Assembly: GCA_965662845.1 (NCBI GenBank)
Contig: CBFIJD010000002.1
Location: 51,393 to 92,578 of the forward strand
Direction: 5' to 3'
Length of the DNA stretch: 41,186 nucleotides
Source of the DNA: an uncultured bacterium
GTDB lineage: Bacteria > SAR324 > NAC60-12
In this document: piece by piece, positions 26,031 to 38,169 of the stretch
Position numbering within the stretch: the stretch's first letter is position 1
How the letters are laid out: each line of letters starts with the position of its first letter
Notes under the pieces: model-generated
What the model saw: only the letters and a program-made list of their open reading frames with translations
Told to the model about the DNA's origin: nothing
The model's database searches: none
Program-made: the position numbers and the translations under genes

Positions 26031-28244
26031 TTAGTTCGGAGTGGAGTTAGGTTGGTTGTTGTGAAAGTGCTGAATCAAGGTCTCTGGATCTAAAATGAGT
26101 CCGACGCGTCCGTCACCAAGGATCGTGCCGCCTGTGATGCCGGGGAGCCCGACAAGGCGGTCTCCGAGGTTCTTCACGACGATTTGTTGGCGATGCAGCA
26201 GCTCATCGACCATCAGTCCATATTTTTTCTCACCGTCTTTCACGACCACGATGATGGCTTCTTCAGGCTGCGTGATGTCAGCCTCGATCTGATAAAACTC
26301 GTGCAGCCGCATGATCGGCACGACTTCTCCGGCGAGGATGAAGCATTCGCTATCTTGCCCTTGCACATCATAGAGCTGTTCTTTGTCTGGCGTAATCGTC
26401 AGGTGCACATCCAAGATCGGGAGCACAAAGCGGTTGGGGCCCAGCCGCACGACCAGACCTTCGATGATCGAGGTCGTCAGCGGTAGTTTGATCAAAAACG
26501 AGGTGCCGACTCCGGGTGTGGATTCAATCGAGATTTTACCGCGCAGGTTGTCGACTTCTCGCTTGACGACATCCATTCCGACTCCACGGCCAGAGATGTC
26601 GGTCACCTGCTTCGCCGTAGAGAACCCCGCGTGGAAGATGAACATGAAGACTTGCTGATCAGACAAGTTCTCACGTTCTGTGGTGACCCCTTTCTCAATG
26701 GCTTTCTTCAGCAGCTTCTCCCGAATTAAGCCGCGTCCGTCATCACGGACTTCAATCAAAATCGAATCCCCAAGGTGACGCGCGGCGAGCAGCACGTTCC
26801 CGGTGGTGGGTTTGCCGACTTCAATGCGCTCTTGCTCCTCTTCGACCCCGTGGTCAATCGCGTTGCGGACGATGTGCATTAGCGGGGCATAGATGCTGTC
26901 GATGATGGTCTTATCTACTAGGGTGTCTTCGCCTTCCACATCCAGCTTAATTTTCTTGCCCGATTTGCGGGAGAGGTCGCGCACTTGGCGAGTGAGCTTA
27001 GAGAACACGTTCTTCACGGGGAACATGCGGATGCTTAGAATGCGGTCACGCAGCTGCTCGGTGATTTTGTGCAGTTGGTCTAAGCGGTCGTGCAGCTCGC
27101 GATCATCAATTTCAGCGATGGTTGGGTTTTGTGAGAGCACAGAGAGCGCCACGACCATTTCCCCAATGAACTCTGAGAGTTCATCCAGCTTGGCCGCAGG
27201 GATCTTGATCATGTCGATCGGTGTATTCGCGGGTTGCTGCCCGCCGCTAGGGGCCGACTTTTTTTCTTCTTCCGCGGGGTGGTCTTCTGCTGGTTTCGCA
27301 GCGGGGGCGGGTGGGGGCGTGTCAGGCACTGGTGGAGGCGTGACCACCGGCTTGGCCGCTGGTTGTGCAGGCGTCGGCGCCGGAGGAGGGGGCGCCGGAG
27401 CTGCTCTTTTAGGTGCTGGGCCCTGTCCTAACATGTCATCCAACATTTGGTAGGCTTCGCTCATGTCTACCGCTTCGGGAGTGCTGCCAGACATCAGCTG
27501 CTTCATCTGACTGACGAGTTGTCCCAGCACATCCGTGGAGCGCAGGATCGTCTCCAAAACTTCATTGTTCATCTCTCGCTTGCCGTCGCGCACTTGCACC
27601 ATCAAATCTTCGGTGTGGTGAGCGAGACTTCCCATCACGGTCAGCCCCAAGAAGCCGGCGGTGCCTTTGATCGTGTGGACCGTGCGGAAGATGCTATTGA
27701 TCGCCTGTTGATCTCCAAGATCACTCTCGAGTTTCAAGAGGGTCTCTTCTGTTTTTTCTAAACCTTCTTCGGTCTCGCTGATGAACTCCACCAAGGTCTC
27801 ATCCCCGGCCATGTCGGGCGGGAGATCCTGCACAATGTCTTGGTATTGGCTGTAGTCTTTTTCTTCGACGACCTCTTCGTCTGCGGTGAGCCCCTCACTG
27901 AGCGCGGCTTGCAGCATCGTGACGGCGCGAGGCTGGTCTCCGCCATATAAGACTTCCAGAGCGCTCTCAAAGGCCCCATGGATGCGAGTGAACTCTTGCA
28001 TCCCTTCGACGTGGGGTCGCAGGTCTGAAACCATCTGGCCCAACAAATCGTCGAGGTGTTTGAGGACTACGGCGAACTCGGGTTGGTTCGACGACTCCAT
28101 GAAGTTGGCGAAGGCTTCAAGTTGCCCAATGACAGGCCCGACAATCGAGATATCGTTGAGTTGCTCGGCGCTCAGTGAAACCAACTGGAGGTTGAGCGCG
28201 TCGCGCAGTGGCTGTGCTTGTTCCTGAAATGCTTGGTCAACCAT
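26031..28244 (-). CDS. cheA: Chemotaxis histidine kinase
   Basis: Hpt FRTVHTIKG, HIVRNAIDHG, DDGRG, SGRGVGMDVV and C-terminal CheW domain. The start was trimmed to ATG 28244. Confidence 0.97.
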   Translation of the reverse strand: MVDQAFQEQAQPLRDALNLQLVSLSAEQLNDISIVGPVIGQLEAFANFMESSNQPEFAVVLKHLDDLLGQMVSDLRPHVEGMQEFTRIHGAFESALEVLYGGDQPRAVTMLQAALSEGLTADEEVVEEKDYSQYQDIVQDLPPDMAGDETLVEFISETEEGLEKTEETLLKLESDLGDQQAINSIFRTVHTIKGTAGFLGLTVMGSLAHHTEDLMVQVRDGKREMNNEVLETILRSTDVLGQLVSQMKQLMSGSTPEAVDMSEAYQMLDDMLGQGPAPKRAAPAPPPPAPTPAQPAAKPVVTPPPVPDTPPPAPAAKPAEDHPAEEEKKSAPSGGQQPANTPIDMIKIPAAKLDELSEFIGEMVVALSVLSQNPTIAEIDDRELHDRLDQLHKITEQLRDRILSIRMFPVKNVFSKLTRQVRDLSRKSGKKIKLDVEGEDTLVDKTIIDSIYAPLMHIVRNAIDHGVEEEQERIEVGKPTTGNVLLAARHLGDSILIEVRDDGRGLIREKLLKKAIEKGVTTERENLSDQQVFMFIFHAGFSTAKQVTDISGRGVGMDVVKREVDNLRGKISIESTPGVGTSFLIKLPLTTSIIEGLVVRLGPNRFVLPILDVHLTITPDKEQLYDVQGQDSECFILAGEVVPIMRLHEFYQIEADITQPEEAIIVVVKDGEKKYGLMVDELLHRQQIVVKNLGDRLVGLPGITGGTILGDGRVGLILDPETLIQHFHNNQPNSTPN

Positions 28245-28350
28245 CGTGATTCTCAGTGAAAGGAAGGAGAGCGAGCGAAAACGGGGCCCATCGTTGTACA
28301 AAACCAAAACATTGTCCAGCGATCAGAGCGACGGGTGGATCTTTTGTGCA

Positions 28351-30354
28351 TTAGGCCGCTTTAGACAGCTGAGTCGGCAGAGTGAAGCTGATGCAAGCGC
28401 CTTTGCCTTCGCCCTCGGACTGTAGTTCGATCTGGCCTTTGTTGGAGCGCACAAAGTTTGCGCAGTCGTGCAGTCCAAAGCCAGAGCCCCGTTTTTTCGT
28501 GGAATATCCAAACTCAAAAGCGTGCTCTAGGGCTGCTGGAGCGGCGCCTTTGCCATTGTCTCGCACGCTGCAACGCATCATCCCTTCGGCCGTGTTCTCG
28601 GCGATAATCGTGATATTTCCTTTGAACTCACTCCCTGCCTGCAATGTCTGCTCGTCGATGCTCTCCATGCTGTTTTTGATCAGGTTCATGAAAAGCTGCA
28701 TCAACTTGTTCATGTCATTGCGGAGGGGAGGCAGGTTTGGCTCAATCTGCTTGTCAATCGTCAGATGTCGCTTCTCTAGCGCAGGTTCCATCATTTCTAG
28801 GGCGTCGTCGATCACATCGGCAATTTGGAACTCCTCTTCAATGCCTTGGCGTTGGGCGTACTTTTGCTGCAACGCAATGATCTCCGTGATGTGTGCCAGC
28901 TGGTTATTCATCTTGTCCATCGCAAGCAAATCATCCTTTTGCTGCTGCTTTGTGGTGTCGGATAGCTGCTGCAAAAAGGGCAGGACCTGCTGTCCTCGTG
29001 GTGAAGCAAAGAATTCGCCCAAATTGGACTGGTTGTCTTGGAGGAGGCCACAAATTTGTTGCAGGTAAACGGGGGTCGGTGATTTCTCAATGTTCTGCTT
29101 CATCTGTTGTGTACGTACAATCAGCGGCGTAATTGCGTTCCCGATGTTGTGCAGAACGCTAATCGCGTGCTCAATCATGCCTGCGCTGTAGGCTTGCTGT
29201 AGCTGCTTTTTGCGCTCTTGCTCCAGCTCGGCCATCGTCTCGTGCAGTTGCAGATTTCTCTCCGACAATTCAAGGGTCCGCTGTGCCACCCGCTCTTCTA
29301 AGTAGCGATTGTACGTCTCCAGACTGGTGGACATATCAATAAATGCGCGATTGAGGCGCTGGATCTCGATCAGCGTGCTCTCTGCGGGCTTGCCGCTAAA
29401 ATCGCCTTCTGCCAAGCGTTTGACCGCTCCCATCAATTCGTGAATGGGCTGCACCAACCTGCCGGCCACAAAACGGGCTGCGAGGATCGCGAACACGCTA
29501 ATGACACCAATCAGGCCCAGCAACAACAGGCGCATTTCCTGTTCGGCGGCTCCTAAGGCGACATCAACGCTCTGCTCCACCAACAAGCAAGATCGCGGAA
29601 AATCTAGCCACAAATAAGCGGCTAACACGCTCACGTTGTTCGCGTTCTGATAGCTGTCGATGCCTTGCCCGTCGCGCTGACACGATTCTAAGACCGGGAT
29701 GTTGACGGTCGTCGTAGCGAGCGCGGTGACCGGGTGGGCGAGGATCCGCTGCTCGGAATCCAGCAAATACATTGTCCGTTCGTCACCCTCCGTCACCCCT
29801 GCCTGCATCAACTGAGACAGTGACTGCACACGCAAATATCCCAGCAAGGAGCCCATGTGGTCTTGTGTCCATCGGGAGCGGAGCGGCACTTGAATCGGGA
29901 TGACGCTCTCACCATTGGGCAAGGCTTGCACAGCGAAGAGCTTGGCCTCCCCAAAACCTTGGGGCTCTTCTAAGGGGACCTCCGTTTGTTCATCTCCGAG
30001 CAGGGCGCGCCAGACGTCCCCTTGCTCATCAAGCTGCCAAATTCCCAGAAAGCTCTCTGTGTCAACGAGTTTGGACACTTTTTCGGTGAGTTCTGCTTGA
30101 CTGGGAGGAATCAGGCGAGATTGGAGCAGTGGAGCGTTTTCCAACAACTGCAGGTCATACGCGTGGCGACGATACCACTGCTCGACGGTAAGCTGCTTGA
30201 GTTGAACAGAGCTGCGCAGATTGTCTTCGGCAGAAGTTTGCAGCGAAGAGCGGGCATAGACAAAAGCCAAGCCCACCCCCACGATAGCGGGGACGAGGGT
30301 GAGGAGTACGAAGGAGATGATGATCTCATTCTGTAAACTGCGGGCAATCTTCAT
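28351..30354 (-). CDS. Sensor histidine kinase (periplasmic Cache-like domain, HAMP, HisKA with insert, HATPase)
   Basis: Two TM helices, HAMP (PIHELM...GDFS), H-box SVLHNIGNA, NLIKNS, DNGKG and GSGFGLH. Confidence 0.9.
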   Translation of the reverse strand: MKIARSLQNEIIISFVLLTLVPAIVGVGLAFVYARSSLQTSAEDNLRSSVQLKQLTVEQWYRRHAYDLQLLENAPLLQSRLIPPSQAELTEKVSKLVDTESFLGIWQLDEQGDVWRALLGDEQTEVPLEEPQGFGEAKLFAVQALPNGESVIPIQVPLRSRWTQDHMGSLLGYLRVQSLSQLMQAGVTEGDERTMYLLDSEQRILAHPVTALATTTVNIPVLESCQRDGQGIDSYQNANNVSVLAAYLWLDFPRSCLLVEQSVDVALGAAEQEMRLLLLGLIGVISVFAILAARFVAGRLVQPIHELMGAVKRLAEGDFSGKPAESTLIEIQRLNRAFIDMSTSLETYNRYLEERVAQRTLELSERNLQLHETMAELEQERKKQLQQAYSAGMIEHAISVLHNIGNAITPLIVRTQQMKQNIEKSPTPVYLQQICGLLQDNQSNLGEFFASPRGQQVLPFLQQLSDTTKQQQKDDLLAMDKMNNQLAHITEIIALQQKYAQRQGIEEEFQIADVIDDALEMMEPALEKRHLTIDKQIEPNLPPLRNDMNKLMQLFMNLIKNSMESIDEQTLQAGSEFKGNITIIAENTAEGMMRCSVRDNGKGAAPAALEHAFEFGYSTKKRGSGFGLHDCANFVRSNKGQIELQSEGEGKGACISFTLPTQLSKAA

Positions 30355-30360
30355 GAGAGT

Positions 30361-31701
30361 CTACATCCGGTCCAGTGGCGCGTAATGACCATAGTCTTGA
30401 ATGTGCTGGATGCGCTCTAAGTATAACGTGACCACCGAGTCGTGGGCGCCGGCTTCCGCGATGTTCATGAACTGCTCCTGCGCGTCTTCTAGTTTTTCGT
30501 CATGAAACTCCTGCACGGCTTGTTCGAACCGTTCGCGATGTTCCAATTTGAAGGCTTTCACCGGTTCGACTTCTTCGTCGTAGACCTCATATAGTCGGAC
30601 GGGTTTGGAGCGCCCCCGCACCGCGGTCCAGTCGATCAAGCGGATGTGATAGGCGTTGGGGTCTTTGAGGCCGTCATAAGTGCTCTCGCTGATGATGAGG
30701 TCTGTTGCATAGAGCTTGGTCAACATCTCAATGCGCGAAGCAAGATTGACGGCGTCACTCACGACGGAGCCTTCCATGCGATAATGCTCACCAATCGTCC
30801 CTAGCATGACGCTGCCGGTGTGAACCCCGATGCCAATGCGAATTTGCGAGTAGCCGGCGCGCGCGCGTCCTTGGTTGTACCAACGGAGCGACCGCAACAT
30901 CTCCAGCGCGCTGCGCACCGCGTCGTCCGGCTCTTCACGGAAGAGCGCCATGATGGCGTCGCCGATGAATTTGTCGATGATGCCGTTGTTGCGCCGAATG
31001 ACCGGCCCCATCAAGCCGAGATAAGAGTTCAAAAACCGAAAGTTCTCTGTAGGCGTCAGGCTCTCTGAGAGGGAAGTGAAGGAGCGGATGTCTGCGAACA
31101 AAATCGACATCGGCATCTCGACATGATCGCCAATGCGCACTTGAGTGATGTGCTTTTTATTGAGGAGCTCCAGAAATTCTTTAGGCACGAAGCGTTCGTA
31201 AGCGCGGTTGAGCTGTCCGATCTCCCAGCGAAAGGTGAGAAACTGGGCCATCTGAGTCAGTTCATCGGGATCAAAAGGCTTCTTCAGCAGTAAGAAGCGG
31301 CTGTCCCCCAAATGTTGCGCGAGGCTCTGCAGCGAGGTGTCGGAGTAGGCCGTCAGGATGACGATCTCAATGTGCGGGTCTACATTCAGGATCCGTTGCG
31401 CTGTCTCTAAGCCGTCAATGCCGGGGGGCATCCGCATATCTATAAACGCGATCGCAAACGGATCACTTTGGCGCAGCGCAGAGGAGACTTCTTCCACGCC
31501 TTGCAAGCCTTGGTTGGCGGTTGTGATGTCAAAGCGGGTGCTGCTTTTAGCAGGCGACGAGGGGCTGGGGAGGTCGCTGAAGAGGGCGTTCGCTAGGGAG
31601 TCTAGATTTTGGCGAGCGGTGTCTTCTTCGGGGGCAAGGATGGTGCGGCAAGACTCTAAAATGCCGGGGTCGTCATCAATGACGAGAATTCGTAAAGTCA
31701 T
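30361..31701 (-). CDS. Response regulator receiver fused to a class III adenylate/guanylate cyclase
   Basis: REC: ILVIDDD, FIDMRMPPGIDG, LTAYSD, KPFD. Cyclase: LFADIRSFT, DKFIGDAIMA, GIGVHTG, DAVNLASRIE. Confidence 0.93.
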   Translation of the reverse strand: MTLRILVIDDDPGILESCRTILAPEEDTARQNLDSLANALFSDLPSPSSPAKSSTRFDITTANQGLQGVEEVSSALRQSDPFAIAFIDMRMPPGIDGLETAQRILNVDPHIEIVILTAYSDTSLQSLAQHLGDSRFLLLKKPFDPDELTQMAQFLTFRWEIGQLNRAYERFVPKEFLELLNKKHITQVRIGDHVEMPMSILFADIRSFTSLSESLTPTENFRFLNSYLGLMGPVIRRNNGIIDKFIGDAIMALFREEPDDAVRSALEMLRSLRWYNQGRARAGYSQIRIGIGVHTGSVMLGTIGEHYRMEGSVVSDAVNLASRIEMLTKLYATDLIISESTYDGLKDPNAYHIRLIDWTAVRGRSKPVRLYEVYDEEVEPVKAFKLEHRERFEQAVQEFHDEKLEDAQEQFMNIAEAGAHDSVVTLYLERIQHIQDYGHYAPLDRM

Positions 31702-31731
31702 AGCGGGCCGCACCGTATAGGTTGTTACTGA

Positions 31732-32292
31732 TCAGGGGAGCTGGGTTGGAAGGCTGATAAACTCCGTGTCTTCAAAGAATAGTTCAATGTGGAAGGGATA
31801 CTTATCAGCAAATTTGAACGACAAGCGGCGGCATTGATCCGGGTTCATGTTCGCGCCTTTGAGGGAGAGTAAGATGGAATCCATGATCACCATCCCTTTG
31901 GGCTGCCCGTTTTGAGAAGAGAGGCCATAGCGTTTTTGGACGGCGTGCCGGCTGTGCCCGATTAGTTGGTTGACCAACTCGCCGATGCTGTCCAAGACCT
32001 CCTCTGAGGTGTAGTCATCGGTCAACTCCTCTTCGGGCATCCCCATGAACATCATGGATTGCTTGTAATATTCCAGCGCAGCTTCCCGAGAGAAGTTGAT
32101 GATCAGCAACCCATAATAATCGCCTTCAAATTGCACAAAGCAGCCAATGTTCGGCCGCAGAGAGATGCGCGGGATGCGCTGCAGCGAGGGAGCGAAATAC
32201 ACATTGGAGTTGGAGTTACGGTGTAAGATTTCTACCGTTGACTCACCAATGATCTTAGCCATGATGTCAATGGTATCCGCCGAGTGGTTCAT
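31732..32292 (-). CDS. DUF3334 family protein, CheX/CheC-like
   Basis: LRPNIGCFVQFEGDYYGLLIINFS, MGMPEEEL and the ExxN motif GELVNQ. Confidence 0.8.
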   Translation of the reverse strand: MNHSADTIDIMAKIIGESTVEILHRNSNSNVYFAPSLQRIPRISLRPNIGCFVQFEGDYYGLLIINFSREAALEYYKQSMMFMGMPEEELTDDYTSEEVLDSIGELVNQLIGHSRHAVQKRYGLSSQNGQPKGMVIMDSILLSLKGANMNPDQCRRLSFKFADKYPFHIELFFEDTEFISLPTQLP

Positions 32293-32596
32293 TTCCAAAT
32301 CTCTTGCTAGCAGGGGTTAACCGAACCCGCGCGATGGGCCGGACGGGGTGTGCTCGACAGGGAGCGTTCGCTCTGCAAGACAGAAGCCCCTAAGTGAAAG
32401 TCGGGGTCTGTGTCGAGAAAGACGGCAAAATTTTAGCTGTTCCTACTATGGCTATAACAATTTTTCAAATCCCAAAACGGGACTTCAACTTGCTGTTCTT
32501 TCGGATTCTGTTACATCTTCCGCCGTTTTGTTCTCTTCAACTCTCACACAGCTTCGCGCAAATTGCGACATAACAGCAAACCAATTGCAAACCACA

Positions 32597-33460
32597 ATGC
32601 AAGTTGCTTCTGAAACGTTCTGCACTTCGTCCCCGACGAAATTTCGAGATGCGCGCCGACAATGGACGGGGACACTGGCGTTTGTGCCGACCATGGGCGC
32701 TTTGCACGATGGGCATCTCAGCTTGATCGAACGCGCGCGCGAGCTGGCCGATCGCGTCGTGGTCTCGATTTTTGTCAACCCCACTCAGTTTGCCCCGACG
32801 GAAGACCTGGCGACCTATCCTCGCGATCTCGCAGGCGATGTGCAGAAAGCCCAAAGCGTCGGCTGTCATGCGTTCTTTGTGCCCCAAGTCCCCGATCTCT
32901 ATCCCCATGGGTTCGGTACCTACGTAGTCCCAGAATCCGAGCTGACGCGGCGTTGGGAAGCGGCGAGTCGCCCCCATTTTTTTCGTGGTGTCTGCACAGT
33001 CGTGACCAAGCTGCTCAATATCGTACAACCCGACGTCGCTGTGTTTGGTCAGAAGGATTATCAGCAGCTGCAAGTCGTCTCGCAAATGGTGCGCGACCTA
33101 GACCTGCCCGTCCACATCGAAGCCGCGCCGACGCATCGAGAACCGGACGGCTTGGCGATGAGTTCTCGCAATCAATACCTGTCGGCCACACAACGCCAGA
33201 CGGCAGCTCAGCTATATCAAACGCTGTGCGACGCCCGCAGCCACGTCCTGCACGCACCCGAGACCGACCTAAGATCGCTGCAAACCCACATGATCGAACA
33301 TCTCAACGCATTGCCCGAAGTTCACGTGGACTATGTCGCTTTCACAGACGCTCAGACGCTGGCACCGTTGTCGCAGTTCCGAGGGAATGTCTGCTTGATG
33401 CTTGCCGCATTTGTGGGTAATACTCGTTTGATTGACAACCTGCTGATCCAAACCCCGTGA
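32597..33460 (+). CDS. panC: Pantoate--beta-alanine ligase
   Basis: FVPTMGALHDGH, SIFVNPTQF, FGQKDYQQ, GLAMSSRN and RLIDN. Confidence 0.97.
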   Translation: MQVASETFCTSSPTKFRDARRQWTGTLAFVPTMGALHDGHLSLIERARELADRVVVSIFVNPTQFAPTEDLATYPRDLAGDVQKAQSVGCHAFFVPQVPDLYPHGFGTYVVPESELTRRWEAASRPHFFRGVCTVVTKLLNIVQPDVAVFGQKDYQQLQVVSQMVRDLDLPVHIEAAPTHREPDGLAMSSRNQYLSATQRQTAAQLYQTLCDARSHVLHAPETDLRSLQTHMIEHLNALPEVHVDYVAFTDAQTLAPLSQFRGNVCLMLAAFVGNTRLIDNLLIQTP

Positions 33461-33554
33461 ACATGCCTCGCCCTTTCCGCTTTTCTCCGCACAGTTTGCT
33501 TTCGGAATTGACGACCGACCGGCTTCTCGTTTCACCGTTTCCGTTCAGGATTTT

Positions 33555-36305
<2,751 letters not shown>

Positions 36306-36620
36306 CTACTGGCCACTCCCTCCCTTACAACGTGGCGTCTCGTGAACCTGCCCTGCCACGGCTTCCCACTGTTCGGGTGTGTGACATCGTAGCGATAAGG
36401 CATGCACCGGGCCGTTCAATTCATCAGCTAAAATCTGATAAATCTGTTGGTGACGCTTCACAGAACTCACATTCTGGAACTGTGAAGACACAATCGTCAC
36501 TTTGAAGTGCGACTCCGAACCTGGAGGGACGTTGTGCTGGTGGCTCTCGTTCTCAATCTCTAAGAAGGTGGGCGCGAGCTGCTGTTGTAATTTTTGTTCA
36601 ATACTTTGTTGCACTTGCAC
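36306..36620 (-). CDS. bolA: BolA family protein
   Basis: NESHQH, SESHFKV, RHQQIY and VHALS; GTG start preceded by GGAG. Confidence 0.93.
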   Translation of the reverse strand: MQVQQSIEQKLQQQLAPTFLEIENESHQHNVPPGSESHFKVTIVSSQFQNVSSVKRHQQIYQILADELNGPVHALSLRCHTPEQWEAVAGQVHETPRCKGGSGQ

Positions 36621-36721
36621 GAGCGGATCTCCACAGGACGTTGCTGAATTTGAAAAATGTCACATATTACGCGCAGCCGGAACCATCCGCAAGCGAGCGA
36701 CTGTAACGCACAGGAGAAATC

Positions 36722-37810
36722 ATGGGAGACTCATTCGGACACACCTTCAGAATCACCACATGGGGCGAATCTCATGGCGGGGGGGTCGGCGTGGTGGTGG
36801 ATGGCTGTCCATCAGGCCTCGAATTGACCTTAGACGACATCCAAACGGAGTTAGATCGACGGCGCCCAGGCCAAAGCAAAATCACCACGCAACGCCAAGA
36901 AAGTGACACTGCGCGACTCCTCTCCGGTGTGTTTGAAGGTCGCACAACGGGGACCGCGATCTCCATCATGGTGCACAACCAAGACGCTCGCCCACAAGCC
37001 TACGATCACCTCAAGGACGTCTATCGACCTAGCCATGCGGACTATACTTATGATCAAAAGTACGGATTCCGAAATTGGCAAGGAGGCGGCCGCGCGAGCG
37101 CACGCGAGACGATTGGCAGAGTCGCGGCCGGAGCCATCGCCAAGAAATTGTTGCAGCAGCTGGGAGGCGTCGAAACGCTGGCATACGTAGAACAAATTCA
37201 CGATCTGCGAACCAACCGCAACCCCGCCGACGTCACCCTCGCTGAGATCGAAGCGAACGCGGTGCGCTGCCCCGATGACGCGCTCGCAGAGCAGATGTAT
37301 CAGCGCATTGATGAAGCCCGCAAAGCAGGAGATAGCCTTGGTGGAATTGTGCGAGTGCACGTTCGAAATGTGCCGCCTGGGCTCGGCGAACCTGTCTTTG
37401 ACAAGCTCACCGCGGATCTCGCCAAGGCGATGATGTCTTTGCCGGCGACCCGTGGGGTCGAGTTCGGGCTCGGATTTGATTCCGTCTTGTTAAAAGGCTC
37501 GGAACACAATGACAGCTTTGCCGTGCAAGAAGGCACCGTCCGCACCGTCACAAATCGTTCTGGAGGCATGCAAGGCGGCATCAGCAACGGAGAGCCCATC
37601 GAGTTCCGAGTTGCGTTCAAGCCCACCGCCACCATCAACCACGCTCAGGAAACCGTCACGCGGGAAGGCGAGACCGTAGAGCTCAAGGCGAAGGGGCGGC
37701 ACGATCCCTGTGTGCTGCCTCGCGCGGTGCCGATGGTGGAGGCCATGGTGAACCTCGTCCTCGTGGATCATTGGCTGCGCAATCGAAACAAGCGCCTCTC
37801 CGAACTCTAA
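36722..37810 (+). CDS. aroC: Chorismate synthase
   Basis: [23 protein letters not shown] and GRHDPCV; AGGAG ribosome-binding site. Confidence 0.98.
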   Translation: MGDSFGHTFRITTWGESHGGGVGVVVDGCPSGLELTLDDIQTELDRRRPGQSKITTQRQESDTARLLSGVFEGRTTGTAISIMVHNQDARPQAYDHLKDVYRPSHADYTYDQKYGFRNWQGGGRASARETIGRVAAGAIAKKLLQQLGGVETLAYVEQIHDLRTNRNPADVTLAEIEANAVRCPDDALAEQMYQRIDEARKAGDSLGGIVRVHVRNVPPGLGEPVFDKLTADLAKAMMSLPATRGVEFGLGFDSVLLKGSEHNDSFAVQEGTVRTVTNRSGGMQGGISNGEPIEFRVAFKPTATINHAQETVTREGETVELKAKGRHDPCVLPRAVPMVEAMVNLVLVDHWLRNRNKRLSEL

Positions 37811-37975
37811 ACCAAACGTCCTCTCAAGCCCGAAGAGCAGGACTCGCAGCGCTCCGTCGTGCACGCATGGGTCACTTCAAGGCAACACGTGCGGTCGCCT
37901 GGTTCTCAATTTGCAGGAACGGCAAAAATTGCTTGACTTATGGATGAGTCGATAACTGCAAATCGGAGATGCACG

Positions 37976-38161
37976 ATGAGACCAATGCGCAACGACCCTC
38001 ACTCTTCAGACTCTCTCAGCCAGCGCATGATTTTGTACAAGTACCGCAAGACCATGCCGCGCCAGCGCTGGAGCATGCACCATCCCGCGATGTTTGTGGC
38101 GATGGGCTTCGCCTGCTTTGCTTGTTCTCTGGCGATTCAAATCCTGATCTTCTCAGCCTAG
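37976..38161 (+). CDS. Small hypothetical protein with a C-terminal TM helix (61 aa)
   Basis: GGAG at 37965-37968, 7 nt before the ATG; hydrophobic tail AMFVAMGFACFACSLAIQILIFSA; ends 8 nt before the next ATG. Confidence 0.5.
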   Translation: MRPMRNDPHSSDSLSQRMILYKYRKTMPRQRWSMHHPAMFVAMGFACFACSLAIQILIFSA

Positions 38162-38169
38162 TTTTCCGC

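Noticed and set aside
32422..32438. Sigma54 promoter (GG-N10-GC) upstream of panC
   Set aside because: The spacing fits but the flanks deviate (CGGCAA/TAGC versus TGGCAC/TTGC), so support is insufficient.
32293..32596. c-di-GMP riboswitch or sigma28 promoter ahead of the chemosensory cluster
   Set aside because: GGCAAA is on the wrong strand and lacks the rest of the motif. No TAAA-N15-GCCGATAA match was found here or before cheA.
37969..38169. N-terminal extensions in the ORF track (DHH; likewise lutA, DUF218, panC, cheA, pfkA and the 8014 hydrolase)
   Set aside because: Family homology and ribosome-binding sites point to downstream starts, and the extensions look like non-coding read-through.
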